Shown: positions 38,810-50,255, numbered from the stretch's first letter. The stretch: 64,000 nucleotides of DNA from Gammaproteobacteria bacterium (GCA_038142325.1 JAYQJW010000007.1:16052-80051); one strand, 5' to 3'. Translations and numbers: made by a program. The notes: generated from the letters alone by a model not told the origin.

Positions 38810-39575
38810 ATGACAGATTCAGATAGACATAGACTAAGCCTAATCATTGCAACTCTTGGCCCATCTACGGACAATGAAAAAGAGCTAATTACCATGCTCA
38901 TGGCTGGTATAGCAAGGCAATGGACAGACGGAGTCGACATTGCAAGAGTGCTACACAGTGACGGGCATGACATCGCTAAAGAGAGAATTGATACCTTTTA
39001 GGGAACAATCTAAAAAAAGAAACTTATCAACTTCTATCTATCTTGATACAGATGGCTCAGACATTGATGAATACTTATCTTTTACAAATGAGGTAGTACC
39101 GGAAATAGTTACATTTGATAAATCTAATGGTTTAGATTTTTTCAAAGGCATTAAAGATAAAGTTAATAATCAATCAAAAGTATGTGTAATATTTAAATTA
39201 GGTGAAATTACAGATGATTTAGATGATTATTATAAAGAGTGCGACTATGCGATGATAGAGCTTGATTCAAAGATTATAGTTGATGAGAAAATTGTTCAAA
39301 GAGCTAAAGAGAATAATTGTGAACCTATTTATCTTGCCTTAATGCCAACTTTAATGTCTGGTCAAGTTCAATCAAGAGAAGAAAATTTTGAGATAGGCCA
39401 TACGCTTGAAGAAGGTTTTGATTTAGTGGCGCTCTACCAAGAAACAGCACATGGACCCTATCCAGCAAGATCAGTCAAATGTATTGATGAAATAAGCGTT
39501 GAATCTGAGAAGTTAAGAGTTAATCCGTTTCAGGATTTAGTTGATAAGTTTTTATCTTTTTTCAAAAAAAAATAA
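38810..39575 (+). CDS. Minimal, degenerate pyruvate-kinase-like barrel protein (apparent frameshift at ~38998)
   Basis: IIATLGPST...GVDIAR at the N-terminus and GFDLVALYQETAHGPYPARSV at the C-terminus resemble PK IVATLGP and GTDAVMLSGETAxGxYPxEAV. Deleting one T (TTTT) joins the two ORFs. Confidence 0.65.
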
Positions 39576-39913
39576 TTATCCTGGTGGCCAACCTAATGTC
39601 CTTTGAGCTAGAATGTGTATGTGCAGATGAAACACTGTCTGACCAGCTTCGCTACCGTTATTTATAACAAGTCTGTAATCTTTAATTTTTAGATTATCCA
39701 TTTCTCTCTTTATAGTCATCAACAAGTGACCAATTATTTCTGAATCTGACTCTGTTAAATCTGAGACACCTTTGATTTCTTTTTTGGGATTGCAAGATAG
39801 TGAATGGGAGCTTGAGGACTTATATCTTCTATTATTATTGATTTATCATCTTCAAAAATTATATTAGCAGGAATTTCCCTATTTATTATTTGAGTAAATA
39901 TAGATTCGGTCAT
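39576..39913 (-). CDS. hinT: HIT-family nucleotide hydrolase (HinT), absent from the ORF track because of a frameshift at ~39783
   Basis: [16 protein letters not shown]...[15 protein letters not shown], then in the shifted frame [18 protein letters not shown]...GWPPG*. Confidence 0.9.
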
Positions 39914-40149
39914 TATTTTGGTGGCTGATATGGGTTTTGCATGAATTGCGTTTTATACTTTTCAAGTTCAGTATGAGGCATAGGTCCACTCTCATCCTCA
40001 TCATTCTTTTGAGATTCATCCTTCTCAATTAGTTTTTTTAAAAGCATATTATTTTCATTTTGAATTTTGATTAATTTTCTCATAAAGACTAATCCATTAA
40101 TCAAAGTCAGGATAACCATAATGAACAATAGTAAAGCAACTAACTTCAT
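39913..40149 (-). CDS. Small membrane-anchored hypothetical protein
   Basis: N-terminal hydrophobic helix; overlaps both neighbours in operon style. Confidence 0.6.
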   Translation of the reverse strand: MKLVALLLFIMVILTLINGLVFMRKLIKIQNENNMLLKKLIEKDESQKNDEDESGPMPHTELEKYKTQFMQNPYQPPK

Positions 40150-40616
40150 TGATACTCCCTCAGTTTCTCTATCACTTCATCGACATGGCCTTTAACTTTT
40201 ACATTTCTCCATGCATGTAAGATTTTTCCATCTTGAGAGATTATAAAAGTTGACCTATCAACCCCCATATATTTTCTTCCATAAAGACTCTTTTCTTTAA
40301 TCACATCAAAACTCTTACAAAGTTTTTCCTCAGGATCTGATATCAATGGGAATTTGAAGCCATGCTTTTCTATGAATTTTTCATGGAGACTCATTTTATC
40401 TCTTGAAACACCAACTATGTTTGCTCCCAATTTTTTTATTTTAGCTAAATTTGTATTGAACTCTATACTTTCCGTAGTACATCCAGGGGTCATATCTTTA
40501 GGGTAAAAGTACAAAATAAGTTTTTTATCAAGAAAGTCATGTAGTTTATTTTTTTTTGAATCTGTACATTCGATATTTATGTCTCTTGTTTTAGTGTTTA
40601 CTTTACCATCTGCCAT
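40146..40616 (-). CDS. bcp: Peroxiredoxin Bcp
   Basis: LYFYPKDMTPGCTTE and RSTFII motifs. Confidence 0.93.
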   Translation of the reverse strand: MADGKVNTKTRDINIECTDSKKNKLHDFLDKKLILYFYPKDMTPGCTTESIEFNTNLAKIKKLGANIVGVSRDKMSLHEKFIEKHGFKFPLISDPEEKLCKSFDVIKEKSLYGRKYMGVDRSTFIISQDGKILHAWRNVKVKGHVDEVIEKLREYQ

Positions 40617-40624
40617 TATTGCTC

Positions 40625-40789
40625 CTATTTAATTTTTCTCGCATTATCAACTAGCATGATTGGTATACCATCCTTTATGGGGTATGCTAGTTTCGATTCC
40701 TCACAAATCAGTTCATTGTTAGATTTATCTAACTTTAATTTTCCCCCTGATTTAGGACATACAAGAATATCTAAAAGATTATCATCCAT
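40625..40789 (-). CDS. Trm112-like protein (YcaR)
   Basis: LLDILVCP...[13 protein letters not shown]; likely start MDDNLL. Confidence 0.9.
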   Translation of the reverse strand: MDDNLLDILVCPKSGGKLKLDKSNNELICEESKLAYPIKDGIPIMLVDNARKIK

Positions 40790-40860
40790 ACAACCAAAAT
40801 ATATTTCATATAAAGTAAAATTCAAGTGAAATGATAAATTTAATATGACATAATGATTGC

Positions 40861-41352
40861 GTGAGAATTTTAGCTATACTTCTTCTGTCTATTTCAATAC
40901 CAACATGGGCTTTCATGAGTGGCATCGATCCTAATCGTGATACACAAGGTGAAATTGAAATAATTGGTGCAACAATACCTTTAGCGCCACCCAATGCATC
41001 AGTTAACGCAGGCTATGTTAAATTTACAAATACATCAGACAGAGATGTTGAATTTCATAGCTTTACAAGTCCAGTTTATGACAGCGTAGAAATGCATGTT
41101 ATGGAATACAAATCTGGAACAGCTAAAATGAAGCAAGCGAAGAAAATTCTAATACCTGCTAAAGACAGTATTGAGCTTAAACCCGGTGGAACACACTTAA
41201 TGTTAATCGGCCCAAGAAGAGATGTTAAAGCAGGAGAACAAATTCTCATGATTGCTCAAGATGCTCTTGAAAGACGATTCATGCTTAAGTTCAACGTCGT
41301 AGACTTCAGAGACATAAAAGCAGAAGCTGATCACAACCATCACAGCCATTAA
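40861..41352 (+). CDS. Copper chaperone PCu(A)C
   Basis: Signal peptide, EMH..10..[11 protein letters not shown] and a His-rich C-terminus. Confidence 0.88.
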   Translation: MRILAILLLSISIPTWAFMSGIDPNRDTQGEIEIIGATIPLAPPNASVNAGYVKFTNTSDRDVEFHSFTSPVYDSVEMHVMEYKSGTAKMKQAKKILIPAKDSIELKPGGTHLMLIGPRRDVKAGEQILMIAQDALERRFMLKFNVVDFRDIKAEADHNHHSH

Positions 41353-41398
41353 TCTCACCTAGACTTGTTTTTCATACAATCAACCATACATTCCCAGT

Positions 41399-43990
41399 AT
41401 GGATATAAATAATATAAAGTTTACCGACAAAGTTCGAGAGATTTTGTCGATTTCTAATGAGAACTCAAAACAAAGAAAGAATCAATTTGTTGATAATCCA
41501 CATGTGATTTTGGCAATATTAAACACTAATTGTTTTGGTAAAAAATTATTAGACTATTTTAAGATTGAACATCAAGACTTAGTTGATTTTTCTGAATCAC
41601 TTATAAGTGATCTACCTGTTATTCAAAATCCAAATAATAAAATAGAAATCACAACGTCACTATTAAAAGTAATACAGAAGTCTGATGAAACTGCAAAAAG
41701 CATGAATGACAAATATGTCGCTTCAGATTTATTAGTTTTTTATATTCTATCCGATCAAAGTTTTAAGTCTTTCGTTAATAGACATCATATCAGTCTTACT
41801 AAGTTTAAAGATAAAATTAATTCTGATAGAAAAGTAAATGTAATAACCGATTCATCACTTGAAGATGACGATGAATCTTTTTCTGAATATCTAATAAATA
41901 TAACTGAAAAAGCTGAACAAGGTAAATTAGATCCTGTAATTGGCAGAGATACTGAAATTAGAAGGACGATTCAAGTTCTTCAAAGAAGAACAAAGAATAA
42001 TCCTATTTTAATTGGTGAGCCAGGTGTAGGTAAAACTGCAATTGTTGAGGGGCTAGCACAAAGAATTATTAATCACGAAGTTCCATCAGGACTTAAAGAT
42101 AAAGTAATTATGCAACTTGATCTTGCTGCAATTTTGGCAGGCTCTAAATTCAGAGGTGACTTTGAGGAAAGATTAAAAAAAGTTATTAATGAAATTGAAA
42201 ATAATCGTGATAAGTACATTTTATTTGTAGATGAAATTCATACAATGGTTGGAGCAGGTAAAGCGGAAGGATCCATGGATGCAGGAAATATGTTAAAGCC
42301 TGCCTTAGCTCGAGGAGAACTTCATTGTATTGGTGCAACTACTCTTGATGAATTTAGAGAAAATATTGAAAAAGATCCTGCATTAGAGAGAAGGTTTCAA
42401 AAAGTACTTATAGAACAACCTTCACAAGATGACACAATTGCTATTTTAAGAGGACTTAAAGAGAAATATGAAATACATCATGGAGTATCAATTTCAGATG
42501 CATCTATAATAGCTGCAACAAGACTTTCTATAAAATATATCACAGATAGAAACCTCCCAGACAAAGCTATAGATTTAATTGATGAATCAGCAAGTTTGAT
42601 AAGAATGGAAATCGATTCGAAACCTGAGGATCTTGATGAATTAGACCGGAAAATTATCACTTTAAAAATTGAGAAAGAGGCTCTTAGTAAAAGTCAAGAC
42701 AATGAACATGAAGCTATTGAAGAAATAGAAAATAAGCTAAGAGAGTTAGAACAAAAGTATCATGAGCTTGAAAAAATATGGATAGAAGAAAAAAACATAC
42801 TCAATAAATCCAATTCTCTCAAATCACAACTTGAAGAGTCTCGTCTAGAGTTAGAGTCAGCAAAAAGAAATGGCGATTTAATGAAAATGGCTGAATTAAG
42901 ACATGGTGTAATACCAGAGATTGAGACTAATCTTAAGAACGTTGAAAATATTAATCATAAAGATCTAAAACTTCTTCGAAATAAAGTTACAGAGGAGATT
43001 GTTGCATGCGTAGTTTCCAAATGGACAGGCATACCGGTATCATCCATGATGTTATCTGAAAAGGAAAAATTACTTAACCTAGAAAAAAGATTGTCTGAAA
43101 CTGTCATTGGGCAAGAAAATGCATCTTTGGCAATCAGCAATGCAATTCGAAGGTCACGATCCGGTATATCTAATCCTAATAAACCTAATGGCGTCTTTTT
43201 ATTTTTAGGCCCTACTGGTGTTGGTAAGACTGAGCTAACTAAGGAATTAGCAAAATTACTTTTTGACAATGATGATTCTCTAATTAGATTGGATATGTCA
43301 GAATTTTCAGAAAAACATAATGTTTCAAGATTTATTGGTTCACCTCCAGGATATATTGGTTATGAACAAGGAGGCTCACTAACTGAGGCCATCAGAAGAA
43401 AACCTTATTCAGTTATACTTTTAGATGAAATAGAAAAAGCACATCCTGAGGTTCTAAATATTCTTCTTCAATTATTTGATGATGGTCGATTAACGGATGG
43501 TCAGGGAAGAGTAGTTGATTTTAAAAATACAATAATTATTATGACATCTAATTTAGGAGCTGAGTATTTTTCTGATACCAACGCTGATATTAAAAATAAG
43601 ATAAAAGATATTATTCAAACTACTTTCAGACCAGAATTTATTAATAGAATAGACGACATAATTGCATTTAATAAATTAACAATCCAAAATCTTCATACAA
43701 TTACAATCAATCAACTATCTTATTTGTCTAAAAGAATATACGATGATATGGATATAGATATAAATTTTGACACATCAGTAATAAATCACATTGCTAACAC
43801 GGGTGATAATAATATTTATGGTGCTCGACCAATAAAAAGAAGAATTCAAAGCCAAATTGAAAATGAGCTTTCAAAATTAATTATTTCTGATGAGATTATT
43901 AAAGGCGGAAGTTATAATATAAGTTTTTTAGATGGACAGATTTCCTTCAGTACTAATCAAAAGCAACTACAATCAAATCCATCTTCTTGA
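41399..43990 (+). CDS. clpB: Chaperone ClpB
   Basis: Two AAA+ modules ([16 protein letters not shown]) and a long coiled-coil middle domain. Confidence 0.95.
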   Translation: MDINNIKFTDKVREILSISNENSKQRKNQFVDNPHVILAILNTNCFGKKLLDYFKIEHQDLVDFSESLISDLPVIQNPNNKIEITTSLLKVIQKSDETAKSMNDKYVASDLLVFYILSDQSFKSFVNRHHISLTKFKDKINSDRKVNVITDSSLEDDDESFSEYLINITEKAEQGKLDPVIGRDTEIRRTIQVLQRRTKNNPILIGEPGVGKTAIVEGLAQRIINHEVPSGLKDKVIMQLDLAAILAGSKFRGDFEERLKKVINEIENNRDKYILFVDEIHTMVGAGKAEGSMDAGNMLKPALARGELHCIGATTLDEFRENIEKDPALERRFQKVLIEQPSQDDTIAILRGLKEKYEIHHGVSISDASIIAATRLSIKYITDRNLPDKAIDLIDESASLIRMEIDSKPEDLDELDRKIITLKIEKEALSKSQDNEHEAIEEIENKLRELEQKYHELEKIWIEEKNILNKSNSLKSQLEESRLELESAKRNGDLMKMAELRHGVIPEIETNLKNVENINHKDLKLLRNKVTEEIVACVVSKWTGIPVSSMMLSEKEKLLNLEKRLSETVIGQENASLAISNAIRRSRSGISNPNKPNGVFLFLGPTGVGKTELTKELAKLLFDNDDSLIRLDMSEFSEKHNVSRFIGSPPGYIGYEQGGSLTEAIRRKPYSVILLDEIEKAHPEVLNILLQLFDDGRLTDGQGRVVDFKNTIIIMTSNLGAEYFSDTNADIKNKIKDIIQTTFRPEFINRIDDIIAFNKLTIQNLHTITINQLSYLSKRIYDDMDIDINFDTSVINHIANTGDNNIYGARPIKRRIQSQIENELSKLIISDEIIKGGSYNISFLDGQISFSTNQKQLQSNPSS

Positions 43991-44641
43991 GTTTTGTAGA
44001 TAATTCTTATAAGTGTCACCAAACACATTTTTTAAATATACCTCCTCTTTTTTTATGATCTTGTAATGTAGAAGAATTATAGTAACAACTGCTAATAAAC
44101 TTATATGCAAAAAGCTCAATACCATACCAATACCTATTTGAAAAATCACCAGAGCAAGATACATCGGATTTCTAATATATTTATAAATACCTGTAGTTAG
44201 AAGTTTATTAGTTTGTGTAACTGGATTGGGATCCTCATTATTAATCTTGAACAATCCTACAGAGAGATAAATAATTAAGAGCGATACTAATATTAAAAAT
44301 GAACCCAATTCATAAGACCTAAAAACATTTAATATTTCAGGGAGTTTATAGATTTGGAAAAAATATAAATTACTTACACCTATCAATAGTCCTAAATTGA
44401 CTGAAAAAAGCATTATTAATGGCGGGTAAGTAGGAATTATCGCTGAATTTACAATATTTTTAGGAAAGTAAGAAATATGAATAAATAGTATAAATATAAT
44501 CCCAGATAAAAAAGCCAGCAAACCCATATTCAGCGCTAATTCTATTTGAATTTGTTCATCATTAAGATACCAATAAAAGAATCCATAATAATGATAAAGC
44601 ATATTAATCATCAAAAAGTATGAACTAATTTTTTTCAACAT
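43973..44641 (-). CDS. Isoprenylcysteine carboxyl methyltransferase / PEMT-family membrane protein
   Basis: TTGIYKYIRNPMYL...EE.YL...FG..Y..Y....RRWI. Confidence 0.8.
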   Translation of the reverse strand: MLKKISSYFLMINMLYHYYGFFYWYLNDEQIQIELALNMGLLAFLSGIIFILFIHISYFPKNIVNSAIIPTYPPLIMLFSVNLGLLIGVSNLYFFQIYKLPEILNVFRSYELGSFLILVSLLIIYLSVGLFKINNEDPNPVTQTNKLLTTGIYKYIRNPMYLALVIFQIGIGMVLSFLHISLLAVVTIILLHYKIIKKEEVYLKNVFGDTYKNYLQNSRRWI

Positions 44642-45389
44642 ATTCGCTTAATCTAAAATAATCATTAACAGAGAGGTTTTCAGCACGTAAAGCATAATCA
44701 ATTTTCAAATTATCAAAATCTGTTTTATTAAGAAAATTATCAAGTGATTTTCTAATCATTTTACGTCTACCTTCAAAAGCTGACTTCACTAGATCAAAAA
44801 AAATAATCTCTTGTTTCTTGTTATAGAAGATATTTTTTTTAGGTATGAACTTTATAAATGATGATTTGACTTTAGGTTTTGGGAAAAAAACATTTTCGCT
44901 AATATTAAATAATCTCTTTACATTAAAATAGGCTTGAGCCATTACGCTCAGTCTTCCAAATGATTTTGAGTTATGTTCAGCAACTATTCTATCTACAACT
45001 TCTTTTTGTAGCATAAAATGCATATCTATAGTGTTTTTATGAGAACACATTTTAAAAATTATTTCCGTAGAAATATTATATGGTAAATTTCCGATTACTC
45101 TTATGGGATAAGTTATGCTGTTAAGATCATACTTTAAGAAATCACAATGTATAATTTCTGTATTTGGATAACCATCAGTAATCTCATGTAGATGTTCTAT
45201 TAAATTAGAATCTTTTTCTACTAGTGTTAATTTATTGATTCTATTAATTACTGACTTCGTAAGTGCACCATCACCAGGACCTATTTCTAAAAATATTTCT
45301 GATTTAAGTGGTTTAATATGTTTTATAAGCTTATCAATGATATTTTGGTCTACAAGGAAATGTTGACCAAGTCTTTTTTTATATTGCAC
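44625..45389 (-). CDS. rsmA: 16S rRNA dimethyladenosine transferase
   Basis: LGQHFL, EIGPG and GNLPYNIST motifs. Confidence 0.96.
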   Translation of the reverse strand: MQYKKRLGQHFLVDQNIIDKLIKHIKPLKSEIFLEIGPGDGALTKSVINRINKLTLVEKDSNLIEHLHEITDGYPNTEIIHCDFLKYDLNSITYPIRVIGNLPYNISTEIIFKMCSHKNTIDMHFMLQKEVVDRIVAEHNSKSFGRLSVMAQAYFNVKRLFNISENVFFPKPKVKSSFIKFIPKKNIFYNKKQEIIFFDLVKSAFEGRRKMIRKSLDNFLNKTDFDNLKIDYALRAENLSVNDYFRLSEYVEKN

Positions 45390-46359
45390 TTTTAGAAATA
45401 TTTTTTGCTACTTTCAATGACTGAACAAAACTAGCTATATTTACATCACCTGTCCCAACTAGTTCTGTAGCAGTTCCATGATCAACGGATACTCTAATAA
45501 TAGGTAATCCGAGTGTTACATTTGTTGTATGGCTAAAATCATTAAATTTAATTACTGGCAAACCTTGATCATGATACATGGTATGAATTACATCATATTT
45601 TTTTATGAATTTATCAATGAAGGCTGTATCTGCTGGCACAGGACCATCAACTTTCAGACCCATTTTTTTTAATGACTTAATTGCAGGCTCGATAATATTA
45701 ATTTCTTCTTTACCTAGAAGACCTTGCTCGCCAGCGTGAGGATTCAAACCGCATAGCAATATTCTAGGATTTTTATATCCAAATTTATGCTTAAGATCAT
45801 GATTGATAATTTTGATTTTTTCAATAATCTTAGCTTTAGTAATCTCTTTTGCAACTTTACTTAAAGGAATATGTATAGTTTGAAGTGTTACTTTTAGTTG
45901 GTTGTTCATTAGCATCATAATAGATTTAGATTTGCATATTTGAGCTAGAAACTCAGTATGCCCTGAGATTTTAAATCCACCTTGATTGAGTATAGATTTA
46001 GAAATTGGACCAGTAACCATCGCTCCAAAAGCCCCATCAAGACATCCCTGCGCTGCTTCTTTAATAGATTCTATTACAAACCCTGCATTTTTATAATTCA
46101 TGTGTCCAGGTTTATTTTTGACATTCAGTTTAATTGGGAGAACATTGATTACATTTGAACCACTGATTGTTTTTAAATCATTTTTTTTTAATTGATTTAT
46201 ATGAATCTTAGTTTTTAGTCTCTTTGCACTATCTAATAATATTGTTGGATCAGTAATGACAATATGATTTCTATTAAGATGATCACGTGCCATTTTTACA
46301 CAGATATCAGGTCCGATTGCCGCAGGATCCCCAAGAGTGATAGCTATTTTCTTACTCAT
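45379..46359 (-). CDS. pdxA: 4-hydroxythreonine-4-phosphate dehydrogenase
   Basis: GDPAAIGP, GHTEFL, NPHAGE, MYHDQG and SVDHGTA motifs; likely start MSKKIAI. Confidence 0.96.
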   Translation of the reverse strand: MSKKIAITLGDPAAIGPDICVKMARDHLNRNHIVITDPTILLDSAKRLKTKIHINQLKKNDLKTISGSNVINVLPIKLNVKNKPGHMNYKNAGFVIESIKEAAQGCLDGAFGAMVTGPISKSILNQGGFKISGHTEFLAQICKSKSIMMLMNNQLKVTLQTIHIPLSKVAKEITKAKIIEKIKIINHDLKHKFGYKNPRILLCGLNPHAGEQGLLGKEEINIIEPAIKSLKKMGLKVDGPVPADTAFIDKFIKKYDVIHTMYHDQGLPVIKFNDFSHTTNVTLGLPIIRVSVDHGTATELVGTGDVNIASFVQSLKVAKNISKSAI

Positions 46360-47573
46360 TGTATAACTTTTATGTAAGCTTGATCTCTTAGCTTTGATAA
46401 CCATTCTTTTTTGGCTACAAGAACTTTTCTATCTTTGAGGATAGAAATAATCTGATTTCGTTGAATATCAGAATACATGTTCTTTGTTCTTTTATCTTCT
46501 AGGTAGAGAATATGCCAGCCATACTGTGTTTTAAAGGGTTCGCTAATTTCACCAATAGAAGTATTAATCATTACTCGTCTAAAGCTATCCACAACCAACT
46601 CTTTTGTTATCCATCCGAGTGACCCACCTTTTATGGCCGAGGTTTTATCAAGTGAATATTTTTTTGCATAATCAGAAAAATCATTACCATCAAGAACCTC
46701 TTTTTTTATCTTATAAAATTTCTCTTTGACTTTATCTATACCTTCCATCGGATTAGTTTTCATTAATATATGACTTACTTTATATTCATCTTTGAACATA
46801 TTGCTTTTGAGAACTTTTAACATAGTAAAGCCCTTACCAGTTTGAAAAGTTTTAGTAAAATTGTTTTCATCAAGCACTTGAAGATTATTTTGGTATATAT
46901 CTGGTAGCTTAGTAATTTGGATATCATTCAAGACTGATATCTCTATTTCATAACCAGGATATTTTGTATTATTTTTCTCATCACCTTCAAGACGAATACT
47001 ATCAAATAATATTTTCGCCTGACTTAAATTCAATTTTTTGTATTTGTCTTTTATTACATACTCTTGTAAATTTATGTTTGTCGATAATTCTGGTAGTGTA
47101 TTATTTTGAATATAGCTATTGATTTCCTCCTCTGATACATAGGCCCTGTTAGTGAATTGAGTTCTAAGTAACTCTTGTCTTTTAATATTTTTTCTTAATA
47201 TTTCTAGATAATTTATATAACTAAGACCACTATTTTCAATTTTCTCTTTGAGTTGAAGGACTGTTAAACCCTCTCTTTTTGCAATTGATCTAATTTGATT
47301 TTGAAGGTCAATATCAGACACATTAATACCTAGTCTTTCACTGGCTTGATTCATGAGAGACTCTTCAATTAATTTTTCTAAGATATCGTTTTTAATTTTA
47401 GATAATTGGATTCTACTTAAGTTATTAATATCAATTTGTTGAAGTCTATTATCTAGTTCTGATTTTAGTATTACGCGATCATTAACAATTGCTACAATGG
47501 AATCTTCTAAGGAGAAAGCAGGCTTCATACAAACCATGGCAAAGATAATAATCGATATTTTTATTTTATTCAT
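46356..47573 (-). CDS. surA: Periplasmic chaperone SurA
   Basis: IVAIVND N-terminal domain and a parvulin domain (HIL...GGSLGW...YGWHIL); lptD-surA-pdxA order. Confidence 0.88.
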   Translation of the reverse strand: MNKIKISIIIFAMVCMKPAFSLEDSIVAIVNDRVILKSELDNRLQQIDINNLSRIQLSKIKNDILEKLIEESLMNQASERLGINVSDIDLQNQIRSIAKREGLTVLQLKEKIENSGLSYINYLEILRKNIKRQELLRTQFTNRAYVSEEEINSYIQNNTLPELSTNINLQEYVIKDKYKKLNLSQAKILFDSIRLEGDEKNNTKYPGYEIEISVLNDIQITKLPDIYQNNLQVLDENNFTKTFQTGKGFTMLKVLKSNMFKDEYKVSHILMKTNPMEGIDKVKEKFYKIKKEVLDGNDFSDYAKKYSLDKTSAIKGGSLGWITKELVVDSFRRVMINTSIGEISEPFKTQYGWHILYLEDKRTKNMYSDIQRNQIISILKDRKVLVAKKEWLSKLRDQAYIKVIQ

Positions 47574-49725
47574 AATCTGTTCGATCCATATATCCAGGTA
47601 TTCCTCTTCTCAGCAAAGCTGATGTTTTGTTGTTTGTTGTTGTGAGGCCTTTAGGCAAAAATTCAAAATATAAAACATTATCTTTTTTTGCCCCAGTCCA
47701 GTAGTCTCTAGCCACAACTTTAAGTGAATAACAACAACTGTCAAATTCTATACCTATCATGGTATCAATTAAATCTTCTGTATTACTTCTATTATTGGAA
47801 AACGAATAATTATATTTGCCAACTAGAGAAAACTCTTTATTGAAAGAATATACTCCCGATAAGTCAATTTCTTCTTCACTACCTCTGATAAAGCGATAAT
47901 CAGTATTAAATATTTTATTTCTCGAACCAGAGCTAGCATCATATCGATACCTTATATTATTTCTCATACCATGACCTTTATGTGGGTTATATACTGAACC
48001 TACAGACAAAGTGCTGTAATTTGTAAGTTTAGTACTTGCTAGACCAATGATATTAGATGCATCTGAGTGAGACTTGGTATTGTTTGTCAAGTGTACATCG
48101 CGATCGTCAAAATATATAATTTGTCCAATAGTACCAGAAAATAATTCATCACCTGTTACTTCGTCGATTACCCTATGAGTTAACCCTAATGAAATTTGTT
48201 TAGCATCATTAATTCTATCCTCACCATAAAACTTATTTTCTGAAAAAAGAGAATATTTGAATTCTTTCAATCCAGTATCAAATATTGGATTATTATCTTG
48301 GTTTCCAACTGGTATGTATAATAAGTAGGCTTCAGGCTCCAGTGTGTATAGTTTATCACCAACGTATTTATCAAAATAAAGTTTACCTCGTATGCTAGCT
48401 ATTGGAGTTGTTTTAGATTTACCTTCAGAAACATTGTTATCTAAATCATAGTCAACATGCCTAATACCAAATTTTGAAGTCAGCTCCCATCCATCAGTTA
48501 TTATTGGCATTTGGATGCTTGGATAAATTAAATATCTTGCACCTTCAGCTTTAGTATTATCTTTGTGTTCAAACTTATCTATACTAGCTTTTAGATTGTA
48601 ATTTAGTATCGATGTATTTTTGTTTTTATAGTTTAGTTTAAAAGAGGGAACTGTTTGATATTGTTCATTTACACCAGTTTGTGCTGGCTGATAGGATAAG
48701 GTTGATAAATCATAATCCAAAGTATATTCGTGAGAAGAGCTTGTTCCATATAATCTTATTTCTCTTTTAACATTTGATTGACTTGCTGTGCTCAATGAAT
48801 TTCCAAAATCATCAAAATAATCTAAGTCTGACACTCTGCTGTAATTAATATCACTTCTTAATATAAACCTTCTTGGATTATTCCCAACTGACATGTTGTC
48901 ATATAGAATTCTATTATCATTAATCTTATATAAATACCTGTCATCACCAAATTCATCATCATTCTCTAGATGCGTGAAATTTAGTAATGTAGACTCACTA
49001 AATCCTAGATATCTAAGCTCATTATCAAACATGACTCCTCTATCGCTCATATTAGTTACCTCAACCGTAGCATCATAATTTTCTGCTAGATTAAAATAGT
49101 AGGGGACTGACAATGAGGTTCCACTGTCTCCAGCTGATCCAAAAGATGGAGTAAGTATTCCAGATTGTCTTTTGTCTGTAAGTGGATAGCTAATAAATGG
49201 AGTATAAAAAATAGGGAATTTTTTATACTTAAGTATCATATTATATGAGTGCCCTCTTTCAGTAGAATTATATAGGGTCGTTGAAGTTGAAGTTAATTGC
49301 CAATCAGGGTCATCAATATTGCAAGATGTATAAGTGGCATTTTTCAAAAAAACATCTTTATTACTTTTAAAAGTAATTTTATCTGAAATTCCTGATCCTA
49401 TACCACTTGCTCTGAAGTATTTAGCTTCAGAAAAATTGATATCACTTTTATTTCCCTCATATTCAGCTGATTTAGAGTATATAGAAATTTCATCATTGAA
49501 ATATTTTACTTCACCTAATGCAGAAACTTTTTTTGAAGACGTATCATAGGTTATTTTATCAGCCTTGAGCATATCACTTTGTCTTTCAGCCTCTGCATTA
49601 CCCTCAGCGGTAAATATAGTACCCTCCTGACTTTGATTGTCAGCTCTAATCTCAAGAGTAGATTCGTCAGCAAGCGCTAGAGTTTTCACATCTTTAAAAG
49701 TTTCATAAAGATTTAATTTACACAA
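47566..49725 (-). CDS. lptD: LPS assembly protein LptD (beta-jellyroll + barrel; probably fused to the upstream BamE domain)
   Basis: ATYTSC, RQSGILTP, PYYFNLAENYD and SCC motifs. The called ORF lacks a signal peptide. Confidence 0.92.
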   Translation of the reverse strand: MCKLNLYETFKDVKTLALADESTLEIRADNQSQEGTIFTAEGNAEAERQSDMLKADKITYDTSSKKVSALGEVKYFNDEISIYSKSAEYEGNKSDINFSEAKYFRASGIGSGISDKITFKSNKDVFLKNATYTSCNIDDPDWQLTSTSTTLYNSTERGHSYNMILKYKKFPIFYTPFISYPLTDKRQSGILTPSFGSAGDSGTSLSVPYYFNLAENYDATVEVTNMSDRGVMFDNELRYLGFSESTLLNFTHLENDDEFGDDRYLYKINDNRILYDNMSVGNNPRRFILRSDINYSRVSDLDYFDDFGNSLSTASQSNVKREIRLYGTSSSHEYTLDYDLSTLSYQPAQTGVNEQYQTVPSFKLNYKNKNTSILNYNLKASIDKFEHKDNTKAEGARYLIYPSIQMPIITDGWELTSKFGIRHVDYDLDNNVSEGKSKTTPIASIRGKLYFDKYVGDKLYTLEPEAYLLYIPVGNQDNNPIFDTGLKEFKYSLFSENKFYGEDRINDAKQISLGLTHRVIDEVTGDELFSGTIGQIIYFDDRDVHLTNNTKSHSDASNIIGLASTKLTNYSTLSVGSVYNPHKGHGMRNNIRYRYDASSGSRNKIFNTDYRFIRGSEEEIDLSGVYSFNKEFSLVGKYNYSFSNNRSNTEDLIDTMIGIEFDSCCYSLKVVARDYWTGAKKDNVLYFEFLPKGLTTTNNKTSALLRRGIPGYMDRTDYE

Positions 49726-49757
49726 ACCAAGTTCTTCGCCATCATTTAGAACATCTT

Positions 49758-50255
49758 CTAATGTAATTTTGATAATATTTTTTTAGACACATCTTCTTGT
49801 GAATCTGTTACTGAGCCATTAGGCGCAAGAGATAAATCAATCTCACTCTGTTCAATCTGACCGAATACTTTATAGATTTTATTATTAATTGTTATTTTAA
49901 AAACTTTTTCATTTTTAAAATATACAGAAAGACTTTTTATTTCATCTTCTTCAATATTATTTGAATAATAGTAATCCCATTGATTATCATTAAAGGGGCT
50001 TTTTGCAGGTTTTCCTAAAAGATATTCAATCTGCTCCTTTGATAAACCAATAGCTAATTGATTAAATTTTTTATCATCAATTAATCTTCCTTGCTCTAAT
50101 TCAATCACATACGGCTTTATTCCATTTTCTGACAGTTTATTTTGTACTTTTGTAGATAAGCTATCGATGAAATCATCAATACCTGCATGAACAGTTGATG
50201 CTGTTAGAAATAAAAATATTGCTAGATTATTTTTTATAAGATCCTTAATTATCAT
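49758..50255 (-). CDS. bamE: BamE/SmpA_OmlA domain (probably the N-terminus of a BamE-LptD fusion)
   Basis: PY.I..EQG...L..GLSKEQI..LLG.P...PF...WDY; type I signal peptide with no lipobox Cys. Confidence 0.75.
   Translation of the reverse strand: MIIKDLIKNNLAIFLFLTASTVHAGIDDFIDSLSTKVQNKLSENGIKPYVIELEQGRLIDDKKFNQLAIGLSKEQIEYLLGKPAKSPFNDNQWDYYYSNNIEEDEIKSLSVYFKNEKVFKITINNKIYKVFGQIEQSEIDLSLAPNGSVTDSQEDVSKKILSKLH

Noticed and set aside
38810-39575. Call as functional pyk
   Set aside because: It is about half the normal length and the catalytic motifs are substituted; reported only as PK-like.
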